The notes under the pieces are model-generated. The model saw nothing but the letters and a program-made list of their open reading frames with translations, was not told the DNA's origin and did not search any database. The translations under genes and the position numbers were made by a program. Positions 62,601-64,000 of a stretch of DNA of 64,000 nt are shown here, piece after piece; position 1 is the stretch's first letter; each line of letters opens with the position of its first letter. The stretch comes from Raillietiella orientalis (taxonomy: Eukaryota), in the NCBI GenBank assembly GCA_036172245.1, contig JAYWIR010000023.1:2976001-3040000 (forward strand), given 5' to 3'.

Positions 62601-64000
62601 GTAATCTTTCGGTATTTTGATCGAAATCGGAACACATGTCCGAGGAGATGGCCACCCTGTTGTAATCTATGAAGCTTTAATAGGTTAGGTTGAGTTCCAT
62701 TTATCACATCCTAACTCCATTTTGGAGGTGGCTTCTCAATCTGGTCATTAGGGATGTTTGTCCCGGATGAGAAGATGGCAGAGAAAACAGCTATCCCAGC
62801 ATCCGAATACTGCATCGACTTTAAAAATAAGTGGGGTGAATCTGGTGGAAATCATCGTGATCTCCTTCGGGAGCTTTTTTGCAGGATGCGGGGAAAAACC
62901 AGATGGAATACGGAAAAGCCTACCTTTACGCTCGCACGCAGGCAGAGGCCTGGAGCATTCGTCAACTTCCAGAATACGAAGGGAGAGCTGAGGCGAATCT
63001 GGCGTTCCACTGCACCAACAGCAATCGGCGGAAGTAGAAGAGCGCAGTGTGAAGAGGAAGAAATGCAAAGTTGTCGAAATACTTTGCCACCGACTGTGTG
63101 GCGCGAGAAGAGATGGTGAGGCGGCAGCTGAAATGCTCTCAACAGCGACCAAGTGGACATCCATGAACAGCCTTGGGAATCGGAAAAACGGAAGGCTTCC
63201 CGGGGAATCCAAACAGTCGGAAAAATCCAGTTTCCTGTGGTTCCTGGAGAGAACAGTGGAGCCCTACTGATTTTCACGCGACATTCCTAGAACATCCTTC
63301 CTTGACTCCTTCCCCCAGATGGAACAGTCACTGAAACGCATGACCAGTAATGGACGATGGGCAGTGCGCCGACGGTTTTCGCGAGTCAGATTTCCACCGA
63401 GCTCTTGCAATCTAAAGAGAACAAAGAATCGAAGACTTGGCGCACTTTATTTTTATTTATTTATTTTTCCCAGAAATTGTCTTTTTACGAAACTCGTTTT
63501 TGCAAAGGAATGGAGCAGTTGGCCATCTTTTCACATGAAGGAAATGAAGGTAAGCATTTATTGGCAACAATAAACATGGTTGACTGAAATACTGATCTTC
63601 CGCCCATTCCACGGCATAATTTCCCGGATCACCTGTATGTCTGGTCAGCATGTGGACTATCAGTTCGTAAGCGCTCATCGTAATGGCAGAATTTGGGATC
63701 TGCCTGAACAGTTGGTGTCCATCCTTCTGTACATGGCCCCAAACCTTTTCTTCCTCCCTTATAACAAGAACTAGGGTTTGAAAAAATCGCTTGTACTCGG
63801 ATCTCTCTTCCCGAGATCGCGTTCTTGCCTTTAGTAAACCTTGACCTGGAAACACTGGTTTCACAATGAGGTCGGTCAATCTTGAACGGGATCATCAGAG
63901 CCGAAATCAGCAGCTTCCACTCAGATATGCGGTGGAGTTTAGCAAAGAAAAGACAGTCACGAGCCTGTTCTGCTCCCATAGTGGTTAGCAGCGAGAACAA

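Noticed and set aside
61762..62659. hAT/MITE bounded by CAGGGTGG...CCACCCTG
   Set aside because: The inverted match is only ~10 bp and there is no 8-bp target-site duplication.

Overview
AT-rich invertebrate animal genomic DNA. It is arthropod-like, but a clade-I nematode cannot be excluded. The first ~50 kb holds four intact multi-exon genes in two extremely tight convergent pairs. The first pair is FANCJ/BRIP1 helicase (+) and dynamin (-), with 33 bp between stop codons. The second is FIRRM/C1orf112 (+) and a COLGALT/GLT25D procollagen galactosyltransferase (-), with 17 bp between stop codons. Most introns are 37-60 nt, and FIRRM carries a clear U12-type intron. Dynamin has a tandem pair of 204-nt GTPase-domain exons (candidate mutually exclusive exons) and three alternative terminal exons. 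An internally deleted Tigger/pogo transposon sits in FANCJ intron 2. The last ~12 kb is a graveyard of RLE-type (Utopia/NeSL-like) non-LTR retrotransposons. At least two copies, and probably three, end exactly at the U2 snRNA target junction and are followed by U2 3' fragments; two of these face each other as an inverted pair. All exon boundaries were read by eye from GT/AG sites and reading-frame continuity; there is no transcript evidence.
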